Source: Octopus sinensis (taxonomy: Eukaryota). From it: DNA of 64,000 nucleotides. How positions within the stretch are numbered: position 1 is the first letter of the stretch; every line of letters starts with the position of its first letter. Shown piece by piece: positions 53,113 through 64,000 of this stretch. The stretch is from the NCBI RefSeq assembly GCF_006345805.1, contig NC_042998.1, forward strand, positions 15,810,001 to 15,874,000, written 5' to 3'. The notes under the pieces were generated by a model. It worked only from the letters and a program-made list of their open reading frames with translations. It searched no databases and was not told where the DNA came from. The position numbers and the translations under genes are program-made.

Positions 53113-55012
53113 AGTAACACACCTGACAACCTTCTACTATGAAGTCGAGTGAAACTGCCTCTGTTTAAACAATAATGGTTCAAACATATAAAATCTCTAT
53201 GATCTACTATATTCTGCTATATATTCATCCACATAGGAATTTGTTTGGGTAATAACTGACTGATCATTTGAATTCAGTAATTATTACCATTAAGAGAGCT
53301 GTTATTCAATATACAATGCTGCTCTCGAAGGATCGACTCCACATAGAACTCCTTAAGGAGGGAACATTTATTATTTATATTGCATTGCACTGCGGCCTAC
53401 TTCACATATTCACGATGGCGTTATATTAAATATAATAACAACTCAATTGTAGATGTTACTGCGAATCATCACAAGAAACTTGTTCTGAAATTGTATTACC
53501 TAAACAAGGTTTTATGTTTCCCTTGCGATAGCTTGCAAAAGTAATTAACATATATATATACGTATGTATGCGTTTGTCTGTTAGTATGTGTGTAATTGTG
53601 TGCAAGTGCGCGGGTGCAATTCAATGTGTGAAAATGTGCGAGTAAACGTGGATGTACGTGCATGCTTGCGTGCCTCTGTGTGAGAGTGATAGAGGGTGAT
53701 AGAGGGTGTGTGTGTGTTTTCGCGCGTGTGTGTATTGTCCAAGTGAAAGAGCATGGTCTGAGAATGTGACCTGAAATAGAATTCTAAATAATTAGAAATC
53801 ACGATTGTGTGTTGAAGTAAATTATCCACAATTTCCTCTCAAGCACATTCACCAATGGAAACAAGATCTACATTAAATAGACCTCGTTGTCTCTTGTGTA
53901 ATAAATCTAATTTCAAACTCGTGGCTGGTTATTTTAGAAAACAATATCTCCTGGATACAATTCGAATTCACTTAGACAACTTTCCAGGAAATGTGCTGAT
54001 TAGCATAAAAAACACACATTCCAGAATAATTATTATAAATCTTATAATCGCGATCAATAACATGATCGATACAACTCTTCCGTGTGTTTCTATGAAGAAG
54101 CTGAAATGTCATTTATTAATCAAACTTTGTTCGCCATTGAAGTCTTGAGAAGTAACTGACCAGATTTCTATAGGGCCTGTCTGGACGTCAAGTTCACAAA
54201 GTAAAATAAATTACTAAAGTCGAATGTGTATTTGGAATAAAAAAAAGAGTAAAAATCAAAATAGAATAGGATAAGACAGAATTTTTTAATGTCTATTTAG
54301 TGTTTTATTCGTTTAATGGTCCTGATATCGTTTCTTTAAATAACTTTGCATTAAATAAATAAATACACAAATAAATAAATAAATAAATACGCCACACCAG
54401 AATATTGAATATTTAAATTACTCTACAGAATTAATGAAGCTTAGAACAACTGGAACTAAGGTCGTTTTTTATTAAATAAATCTCGTCAACGATTCAGTAA
54501 TAAATCTGTGCAATTTGGAATTTTCTATAGTCTCTTAAATAGCTAAGATTATAACTGTGCCACAAAATTTCGAATTATCTAAAACTATGTGATTTTTTTA
54601 AACAACGGCATTAAATGTACTTTGTTTAATAATATGGTTTATATATTTTATTAAAAATATAACATATTTCATGTTAGAAGGTAGAATATTTTTCTTTTAT
54701 GTATAATAAGATAACACGAGGAAGTAAAGTATCATTGCTATACTACGAGTAGAACATATAAGATTGTAAGACATTTAAAGTTTAAAACATGTATTTCCTC
54801 GTCTTGGCTTTTAAATATGTTTCGTGTACCAGCTTCTCCTCAGCCATCTTTAGCTAAATGAACTAACTCAGAGAACATTCATACTCAGAGAACAAGTTTT
54901 AGGTATTTGTGATATATATCGTGTCTAATTTTCACAACACCGATGTAAAAAAACAAAACAAAAATTAATGTCTGCATTTGTTCTATAATCCGAACTTCTC
55001 TTATGATTATTG

Positions 55013-55215
55013 CCGGCGAGCAGGCAGAATCTTTAACAAACCAGGTAAAATGATAAGCGGCATTTCTGACTTCAAATTCCGCCGAAGTGGACATTGTCTT
55101 TTATTCATTTGGGATGGATACAATAAGTAGCATTTGAGTCCCGTGGCCGAAGTAATGCACTTATGTCTAGCCCCACCCACCGATTCTACTGGTCTTGTAT
55201 CAAAATTTGAAATCA
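55013..55215 (+). mobile_element. Old, internally deleted SINE-B
   Basis: ggcgagcaggcagaatc...ttcaaattccgccgaagtggac. Confidence 0.65.
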
Positions 55216-55402
55216 GTATTTTCGGGGTAAGTGTAAGTATTCCCTTAACGGAATGCAATGCCTGGCTCAACACTTAGCTGTTCGTAGTTCGTTGGTTATC
55301 ACGTTTATTTGACATGATAGACGAGGTGCTTTCTTTACTCTACGCCTCCTCACTCAAGGATGTAGATTGCAGTTCGAAAGAACAGTATGTCTATAGCTAT
55401 AA

Positions 55403-55749
55403 GCGCAGGAGTGGCTTTGAGGTAAGTAGCATGCTTACCAACCACATGGTTCCGGGTTCATTCCCACTGCGTGGCACCTTGGGCAAGTGTCGTCTACTAT
55501 AGCCTCGGGTCGATTAAAGCCTTGTGAGTGGAATTGGTAGACAGAAACTGAAAGATACCCGTCGTAAATATGTATGTGTGTGTGTGCGTGTGTGTCTGTG
55601 TGTCTGTGTGTCTGTGTTAGCCGTTCGACAAAAGAGGCCGACAGAATAAGTACTAGGCTTACAAAGAATAAGTCGTGGGGTCGATTTGCTCGATTGAAGG
55701 CGATGCTCCAGCATGGTCGCAATCAAATTACTGAAACAAGTAAAAGAGT
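55403..55749 (+). mobile_element. SINE-A with an internal deletion in the tail
   Basis: Head, microsatellite and gaaacaagtaaaagagt end. Confidence 0.85.
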
Positions 55750-56879
55750 TGCAGTTTTTTCCCGAGCCGAATAGCCTTGAAAATATACCATCTACTGCAA
55801 ACTGTGATTGACTAATGCCTTTGCACATTCACATACGTGTGTATGTATGTATGTATGTATGTATGTATGTATGTATGTATGTATGTATGTATGTATGTAT
55901 GTATGTATGTATATATGTATGTATATATGTTTGTATGTATGTATGTATTAATAATTAAATGAATAGGTAATGCTAAAGTAAACACCAGACTAAAAAATGA
56001 CTGGTCGATAAGATCTATGTAGTGTCACCATATGGTGGTAATTCATTTATTAAAATCATTAAAATTGTATGATAACCCAATATGAAATTATCAAAGGCCA
56101 CGGTATTTCTCATTGCTCAACGAACCAATAAACCAATATATTTTAATATTATTCCGCTTCTTTTTTTAAATTTAATATCTAAAATATAAATTTCCATACA
56201 TATGTGTTCCTAGAATTCACGTTCGGTATAAAATCTCTATACGGTTTTTGAGGAACCTGATTCTGTATGCAGAATTCGATATATTGGACAAAATCTGAGG
56301 CAATACATGAGCTCTTTTTTGTAATGGCCTATTAATTTCGTTTATATTTTAATGGCAAACTATTCAGACTTACATTTTACATCATGGCTTGAAAAGTGGG
56401 TACCAGTATGGTGATGAAACGAGTAAATTGCAATCGAAAATAAGAGTGCGCGACAGTCCATCTGTTGATGGACGGCAGCGCTGTTTGCTTAAAATTGAGA
56501 AATTTTGACTGTGAGAAAATAATGAAAGCAATATTCACTAAACAAGCACCATAATACAAAGAAATAATTAGACGTAAAATATAAAAAAATATTAGAATTG
56601 GGAATCAAAGGTGAAAATATTACCAAGTGTCTTGTAGAAAACCGTCCGGAAGGCAGTCTTTCTGCTAGTATAATGTTAACGGTATTTACGTAATATATGT
56701 GCTTTGTGTATTGTCCAGTGGCAACGGCGTATACACTGTCAAAATGCCGGAGGTTAAAACACCTTCGGCACATTGAGAGTGTATATACTCCACCAGGCTA
56801 TTGCAGCCACAGGAAAATACATGGAACTTATACCTTAAGTATATGTAGTTAATAATATTCATCATCCTAGAACTGCTTG

Positions 56880-56929
<50 letters not shown>

Positions 56930-57440
56930 TTGAAAAACAAGACAAAGACAGGTGTATGAACAACAAGCAAGTGTAATTGTTTGACGCTTGAGAAAAATGA
57001 TAGTCTTTTAAGTTTCGAGCATACGCTCTTCAACAGAAAGCAATAAGAGAAGATAAACAGTGGGAGGGGAAACACTGTAGATTTCAGCGGTCCAGAATAG
57101 AGTATTAATTAAAAGTAGGATATGAATTTTGTATAAGACTTTCATTACAAACAACATATGTTTCGATCCATCAGTCTGGGTCTCTTCTAGTACATTGATA
57201 AAGAGGCAGATGGGTGGCAACATATGTTGTACCTAATAAATGTCTATTATGAAATCCTTCTCCTACTATTAATTAATACCATTACCCTAACTGCCACTGC
57301 AAAGTTCCTGAAATACACCCAACAGGAGTGTACCAAACCTGCGAATAACAGCAAGTAGCCTAAAGTGCACTGATAGTCTAATCAAAATTTAAACGCACTA
57401 ATCGACTTATATCTATTTATTATTATTATTATTATTATTA

Positions 57441-57491
<51 letters not shown>

Positions 57492-57559
57492 CATGCATAT
57501 ATATATGTATGTATGCATATGTATATATAAATACAGTTTCTCCCTCACGCTGTTTATCT

Positions 57560-57612
57560 TTACCTTATTCCTTTCTGCTGAAGTGCATAGGCTCGAAACG
57601 TAAACTACTTTA
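57560..57612 (+). ncRNA. Decayed hammerhead-like motif
   Basis: CTGAAGT (A9 lost) 57578-57584, gcataggctc, GAAA 57595-57598, CGTA; stems poorly supported. Confidence 0.25.
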
Positions 57613-57651
57613 TAGTTTTTCTCACACGTCAAACATATATATATATATAAA

Positions 57652-57697
<46 letters not shown>

Positions 57698-57742
57698 ATA
57701 ATATATATATATATAATATCTATATATATATATAAATATATG

Positions 57743-57833
<91 letters not shown>

Positions 57834-57846
57834 TATATACATATAT

Positions 57847-57880
<34 letters not shown>

Positions 57881-58043
57881 GATGCAGCACGGACTTTGTC
57901 AGTGAACAGGTCGCGGATTTTAGCGACGAAACTATTTTGACAAATTAAACTTAAATGTTGAAGTGAATCGAACGGCTTTTGTGTGTTTCTTAAATGGCTT
58001 ATAAACACCTTCCACGCTGCAATTGTTTTCGTTTCAGCACACG

Positions 58044-58130
<87 letters not shown>

Positions 58131-59550
58131 TATATAAACATATATATATATATATTGTGTGTGTGTGTGTGTGATGTAACTTGTGGGTTAAATATTCATA
58201 TTTATTGAGAAAATTGAATTTGTCTGTAGTTGAGTGTTTGGGGAAAGGTTTTTCGCTGTATAATTGATCAAGAATTCATGATAGGACTAAATAACCCAAA
58301 ATTTCTTTACTGAAATGTCTAGGTTCGGTAAGAAAACGCTTGACCTTGTATGAAAATTATATCCATTATAGCGAATTTTTCAGCAGACATTACTTCATGA
58401 ATCAATGCTAACGACTTGTAGTTATACTTTTGTAGATTATTGGTTATTCTAAAATCTGATTCCAAGTCCATTTCGCCAAGTGTTAAATAAATTTCTAGAA
58501 ATTCTTTTCTACTTTTCGATGCCTCTAAGAGAGGAAATAATCTTGAGTATATCCAAAGAGATAATTAACTCACTATCTCTCGTTTGGATTATCTGAATTT
58601 CTGTTGCCGGTTGCAGTATATTTTGACAGTTGTAAAGTTTGTTAAACTTTGAAAGAAAGTTGCTGCTGTAATGACATAATATTCCGGTTCTATTACTTAC
58701 ATTTAGAAGACGGTATAGTAAAGATTTTAACCAATAAAAAATACTGGTAAGTCATTATTTTGGCAAAAGCAACCTAATCGAATATTGGTTTGACTACAAT
58801 TTCTTGAAACGCTCAGTCAGTTGTAATCGATATGGTTTAAAAAAAATATTGGTCGAAGGTTTTAGTTTGGTAGGCTCCATAGTATTGCTAATGTTAGTGT
58901 TAATAAGTAATCTCATAATTAATATAACTCCTTTTGAATACGAAGTCAATTACAAGGTATATTAAATTTTATATTAAGTAGCTTTCGATGTTCTATACAT
59001 ATGCAATAAAAGTATCTAACAAGTAATTTAATTTGGTGCAGAATATACCATTAAATCCAAATTAAGCTGGCAATTTGATTATAAAGCAATACACTCTAAT
59101 GATTATACACAAACTATTTCAAGCTTTAGATGTTGATAAACCATGTGACACAAATAGGTTTTTGAATCGAATATATACAAACATAATTATTTCTAAAGAA
59201 AGTATTCCTATATAAAACATTGGTCTCTGCGTAACATTTATGGAAAATCAGGAGAGAATATGACTTAAGATAGAAAAAATATTTATCTGAAGAATCAAAT
59301 GTCGTATAATGAAAAATTTCGATTATGTATATATAGATTGAAAACCTAAATATACAAAAAATTATATGCAAGTCCACGATGGTGGAGTGCTAGGCGCTAA
59401 AATTGGAAATATTTGAACTCTAAGAATATGTTTAAATATATAGATATGCAAATAGCATGTATATGTGAATGGAGTATGTGTGTGCACGCGAGCGTATAAA
59501 GGGGAAGTCAGGTAGATAGATACATGCACGCACACACACACACACGCGCG

Positions 59551-59582
<32 letters not shown>

Positions 59583-59834
59583 AATGTGTGTGTGCGAGCG
59601 CGCGTGTGTATGCATGCATGTTTCTATCTACCTAACTTTCTCTTAGCTCGTCCTGTAACCGTTTTTTTCGTTTTTTTTCGTTTTCTTGTTTTATGTTTTT
59701 TTGTTTTTCCCGTTTCTCTTGTCTTATTGTGGTGTCCTGTACTCACGTATAATTATTTATATATGCATATATATATACATGTAGATGTAGGTACGTACAT
59801 ATATGTTTGTGTGTATGCATATATTTTTATTTAT

Positions 59835-59866
<32 letters not shown>

Positions 59867-60408
59867 CTTTCACGCAGATATACCACAAATTCACAAGGGC
59901 ATTTTATTCCATTACATGTAAATTAGAAGGAAATATTTTGCGTGGCATGGAAGAGCAAGGGAGATTGAGACCGGTTTCTTTGGCAACGAATTATATCATG
60001 TTTTAGGGCGTATTATTAACGATGCCCATCTTTTTCAATATACCTCCACGGATGACATATATGTTAGATATTATTGTTGTATTGTATCGACTTTCTAATT
60101 TGGGAGAATGTGATATAACTCAACCCCTGCCACGATGGAATACTGAAGCTGAATGTTTCTGGCATGTTACCAAGTGATTCACCGATTTGGAATCTATTCA
60201 AATTTGTCTTTTTCTTCAATTCCCCGTAGTTATTGTTTTAACAAAATATAGTACAAGTCAATATATTTGGGAAAATGTATGCAGATATATATTTCAATTT
60301 TCATGGTCACAATCTTAGTTTTGGTTTTGTCAAAACGCAGAATATACTTTCATCGTTTTAATCAGGGAAAAAAATAATTGTATTTGCTTGAATTCATTAT
60401 GGTTGTAG

Positions 60409-60792
60409 GTGGAGGCGCAATGGCCCAGTGGTTAGGGTTGCGGAATCGCGGTCATAGGATCACGGTTTAGATTCCCAGACCGGGCGTTGTGAGTGTTTAT
60501 TGAGCGAAAACACCTAAAAGGTCCACAAGGCTCCGGCAGGGGATGGTGGTGATCCCTGCTGTAGTCTTTCACCACAACTTTCTCTCACTCTTACTTCCTG
60601 TTTCTGTTGTACCTGTATTTCAAAGGGCCGGCCTAGTCACTCTCTGTGTCACGCTGAATATCCCCGAGAACTACGTTAAGGGTACACGTGTCTGTGGTGT
60701 GCTCAGCCACTTACACGTTAATTTCACGAGCAGGCTGTTCCGTTGATTCGGATCAACTGGAGCCCTCGTCGTCGTAACCGACGGAGTGCTTC
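60409..60792 (+). mobile_element. Full-length SINE-C with 14-bp target-site duplication
   Basis: A box TGGCCCAGTGG, B-box-like GGTTTAGATTCC; TSD cattatggttgtag at 60395-60408 and 60793-60806. Confidence 0.9.
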
Positions 60793-61813
60793 CATTATGG
60801 TTGTAGACGTAGAATTCACTATTACAAAAGTATTAAATCATTATATAATACATCATATATTCGAATTAACTTCTGTCTTCTACTCGTGTTTCTGAGCAGT
60901 TCAATTAGTGTTCGATATATATGTAAACATATACTTGGGGGAAAAAAGTAACAATGTCTCAAAACCAGTGTCTCAGATCTAATGTCTCACAACTATGTTC
61001 GAATTTACGACATAACTACGTTGTCATTAATATACATTACTCAGAGAATAGCATTTGATTTTAAATGAAAACACACCACAGTAAGATGTCAGAAGATGAT
61101 TTGAGGAGTTTATATTGTAACACATCCACAGCAAATAAATATATTTAAGTCAATGGCTTATATCATATTCCATGTGCATATCGAGAGATTCTCTAGCGTA
61201 TGCATTACTGTCCAGTTGATAGTATTGCTTAACATGTGCGATGTGAAACCACTACTGAATGATCAACGCACATTACCGAAGAGAAAATGTACATCCTATT
61301 TGCAATAGTTTGAATACGCCATTGACTAAAATAATTATCATGTACCCTATTAAATCATAAATTGCTGAGGAAATTGTCCATTTTAACTAGTTATCTATTG
61401 GTTATATACAGTAAGTCTTGTTACTTTCATAAAAATATGTGGACATAAAACTTGCTAAGAAACTTAGATTTGTTTTTTCTTTAATTTTTCTCAAAGATTC
61501 ATTATTTTCCGACACTTTATTTCACATTGCTCCAGTTCACTCAGCTGTAGAAATGAGTTGCAACGTCATTGGTGCTAAGCTGCATCGGTCTTTTCATTTC
61601 CCTCGGACAATATCTGTGGAGTGGAGATGGGAGGCTGTATGCATAGGCGAGTGGTGGTCTTCCAAAAACAACCTTGCTCGGACTTGTGCCTCTGAGGGTA
61701 ACTTTCTAGGTGCAATCTCATGGTCATTCACGACTGAAGGCGTCTTCAGACATTATAAGATACAGCATAAACAGTTAGTTAGATACCATAACGCACGCAC
61801 ATACACACGCATG

Positions 61814-61849
<36 letters not shown>

Positions 61850-61875
61850 CATACTTGCATGTATATATATATATA

Positions 61876-62093
61876 TTTCTTTACTACCCACAAGGGGTTA
61901 AACACAGAGGGGACAAACAAGGACAGAGAAAGGGATTAAGTCGATTACATCGGCCCCAGTGCGTAACTGGTATTTAATTTATCGACCTTGAAAGGATGCA
62001 AGGCAAAGTCGACCTCGGCGGAATTTGAACTCGGAACGTAACGACAGACGAAATACGGCTACGCATTTCGCCCGGCGTGCTAACATTTCTGCC
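61876..62093 (-). mobile_element. Near-full SINE-B inserted in (TA)n
   Basis: Matches the 52684 copy. Confidence 0.9.
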
Positions 62094-62701
62094 TTGTATG
62101 TATATATGTATGTATATATAATAAATATTTTTGCATTATATTTAGAAGACCACGACTTCAAATATCGCCCTTTTTATAGTGTGTATATATATATATATGT
62201 ATATATTGGTAACTGTACGCAAGTATTTATCTGTGTTTATAAATATTTTTCACTTATATATACTCGGTATATTCAACCAATGAGTGTATAGTAATTTTCG
62301 TTACAGAGCACGAACTAAGATATTGTGTTGTCCGAAATTTTATAGATATTATTGTCCACTTCCTAGCATTCAGCCTTGTGCCAAAAGGAGGACAAATTTA
62401 CAGTGGTTTGTAGACATTTGACATCTACTTCTACCGGATTGGTGTTGTCGCGCCAACGTCCTTAATTATAATTATATATTCATAATTATATGCTTAGATA
62501 TTAAATTTACCAATATCGTGGTTGTTATACGCTGGCCACCGATATAATCATTTTAACGACTATATCCCCAATTTATACAAACAGACACACAAACAGACAC
62601 ACATGTATACACGCACGCACGCATACACACATATACATGCACATACACAAACACACACATATATACACGAAGGGACACACATACACATATATATACATGC
62701 A

Positions 62702-62734
<33 letters not shown>

Positions 62735-63246
62735 CTTTTAAAATGTCTCTTTTGTGTATTCGCGCGTGCGTGTAAAATTAATATGCACAGAATTTAGCAA
62801 TTTTGGAGAACTAAAAGGGAGAATTAAAACTGTCACGAAATGTGACTATGGTGCTAGAAAACACCAACATTGCTGGAAATCAGAGCTAAAAATGCTCTAA
62901 TGCTATAATCAACGTACATATATGTAAATATATACACTAACTTGGACTTTAATCGTTCCAAAAGTGCCGATGGAGTATTATTTATTCTGACCTGAGTTTT
63001 GGCAATTTCCGTTTGTCTCCTCAGAGCGGACTGGCTCGAACTCCGGCTCTTTCTGGACTCACTTCTTATTAGTATATATGCTTTCATCAGTGAAATCTAC
63101 GGAGGATTTAGTGAACGAAAAAAAATATATTCAAATAAATTAAACATAATATCATGAATAGCGATAGCGAAACCGGTCAATATATGAAAATTTATATTAA
63201 AACCATGTAAGTGTGCGTATTTTCCTTTTTTAATTTCTTATATATA

Positions 63247-63278
<32 letters not shown>

Positions 63279-63790
63279 CTTTTAAAATGTCTCTTTTGTG
63301 TATTCGCGCGTGCGTGTAAAATTAATATGCACAGAATTTAGCAATTTTGGAGAACTAAAAGGGAGAATTAAAACTGTCACGAAATGTGACTATGGTGCTA
63401 GAAAACACCAACATTGCTGGAAATCAGAGCTAAAAATGCTCTAATGCTATAATCAACGTACATATATGTAAATATATACACTAACTTGGACTTTAATCGT
63501 TCCAAAAGTGCCGATGGAGTATTATTTATTCTGACCTGAGTTTTGGCAATTTCCGTTTGTCTCCTCAGAGCGGACTGGCTCGAACTCCGGCTCTTTCTGG
63601 ACTCACTTCTTATTAGTATATATGCTTTCATCAGTGAAATCTACGGAGGATTTAGTGAACGAAAAAAAATATATTCAAATAAATTAAACATAATATCATG
63701 AATAGCGATAGCGAAACCGGTCAATATATGAAAATTTATATTAAAACCATGTAAGTGTGCGTATTTTCCTTTTTTAATTTCTTATATATA

Positions 63791-63822
<32 letters not shown>

Positions 63823-64000
63823 CTTTTAAAATGTCTCTTTTGTGTATTCGCGCGTGCGTGTAAAATTAATATGCACAGAATTTAGCAATTTTGGAGAACT
63901 AAAAGGGAGAATTAAAACTGTCACGAAATGTGACTATGGTGCTAGAAAACACCAACATTGCTGGAAATCAGAGCTAAAAATGCTCTAATGCTATAATCAA
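62735..64000. repeat. 544-bp tandem repeat, 2.3 apparently identical copies running off the window end
   Basis: cttttaaaatgtctc at 62735, 63279 and 63823; duplicate ORFs at 62854 and 63398. Confidence 0.95.
63117..63240 (+). ncRNA. A3:U8 hammerhead-like motif (repeated at 63661-63784)
   Basis: atatc-ATGAATA (63154-63160)-GC GATA GC-GAAA-CCGG-TC (63178)-aatat; the closing pair of stem I is a C.A mismatch here. Confidence 0.5.

Noticed and set aside
59960-59985. Minus-strand GAAACCGGTC like the A3:U8 family
   Set aside because: No upstream core or stem II, and no flanking homology.
60409-60480. tRNA-like heads of SINE-A/B/C as tRNA genes
   Set aside because: A/B boxes are present, but there is no complete cloverleaf and each is fused to a SINE body.

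Overview
Very AT-rich eukaryotic DNA, dense in microsatellites. The repeat landscape is typical of an octopod cephalopod genome (inference from SINE families and microsatellite load; no marker gene seen). No complete gene is visible. There are a few isolated minus-strand exon candidates (935-1087, 1286-1365, 24708-24849, 40140-40386) that I cannot name, so most of the window is probably intron or intergenic DNA. Recognisable mobile DNA: three tRNA-headed SINE families (A, B, C; about 25 copies or fragments), a decayed ORF1-only (RRM-like + CCHC) retroposon whose 3' tail matches SINE-B, an R4/Dong 3' end in a (TAA)n tract, RTE LINE remnants, inverted Penelope-like (PLE) RT fragments, a non-autonomous Helitron and a MITE. 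The most interesting signal is a set of type I hammerhead ribozyme (HHR) motifs found by eye. Two have an intact canonical core (20358-20462 +, 22970-23105 -). A second family has the core 3-8 pair swapped from C3:G8 to A3:U8 (21471-21592 -, and once per unit in a 544-bp tandem array at the window end). Several decayed motifs also occur. All calls come from manual reading; no search or folding program was run.
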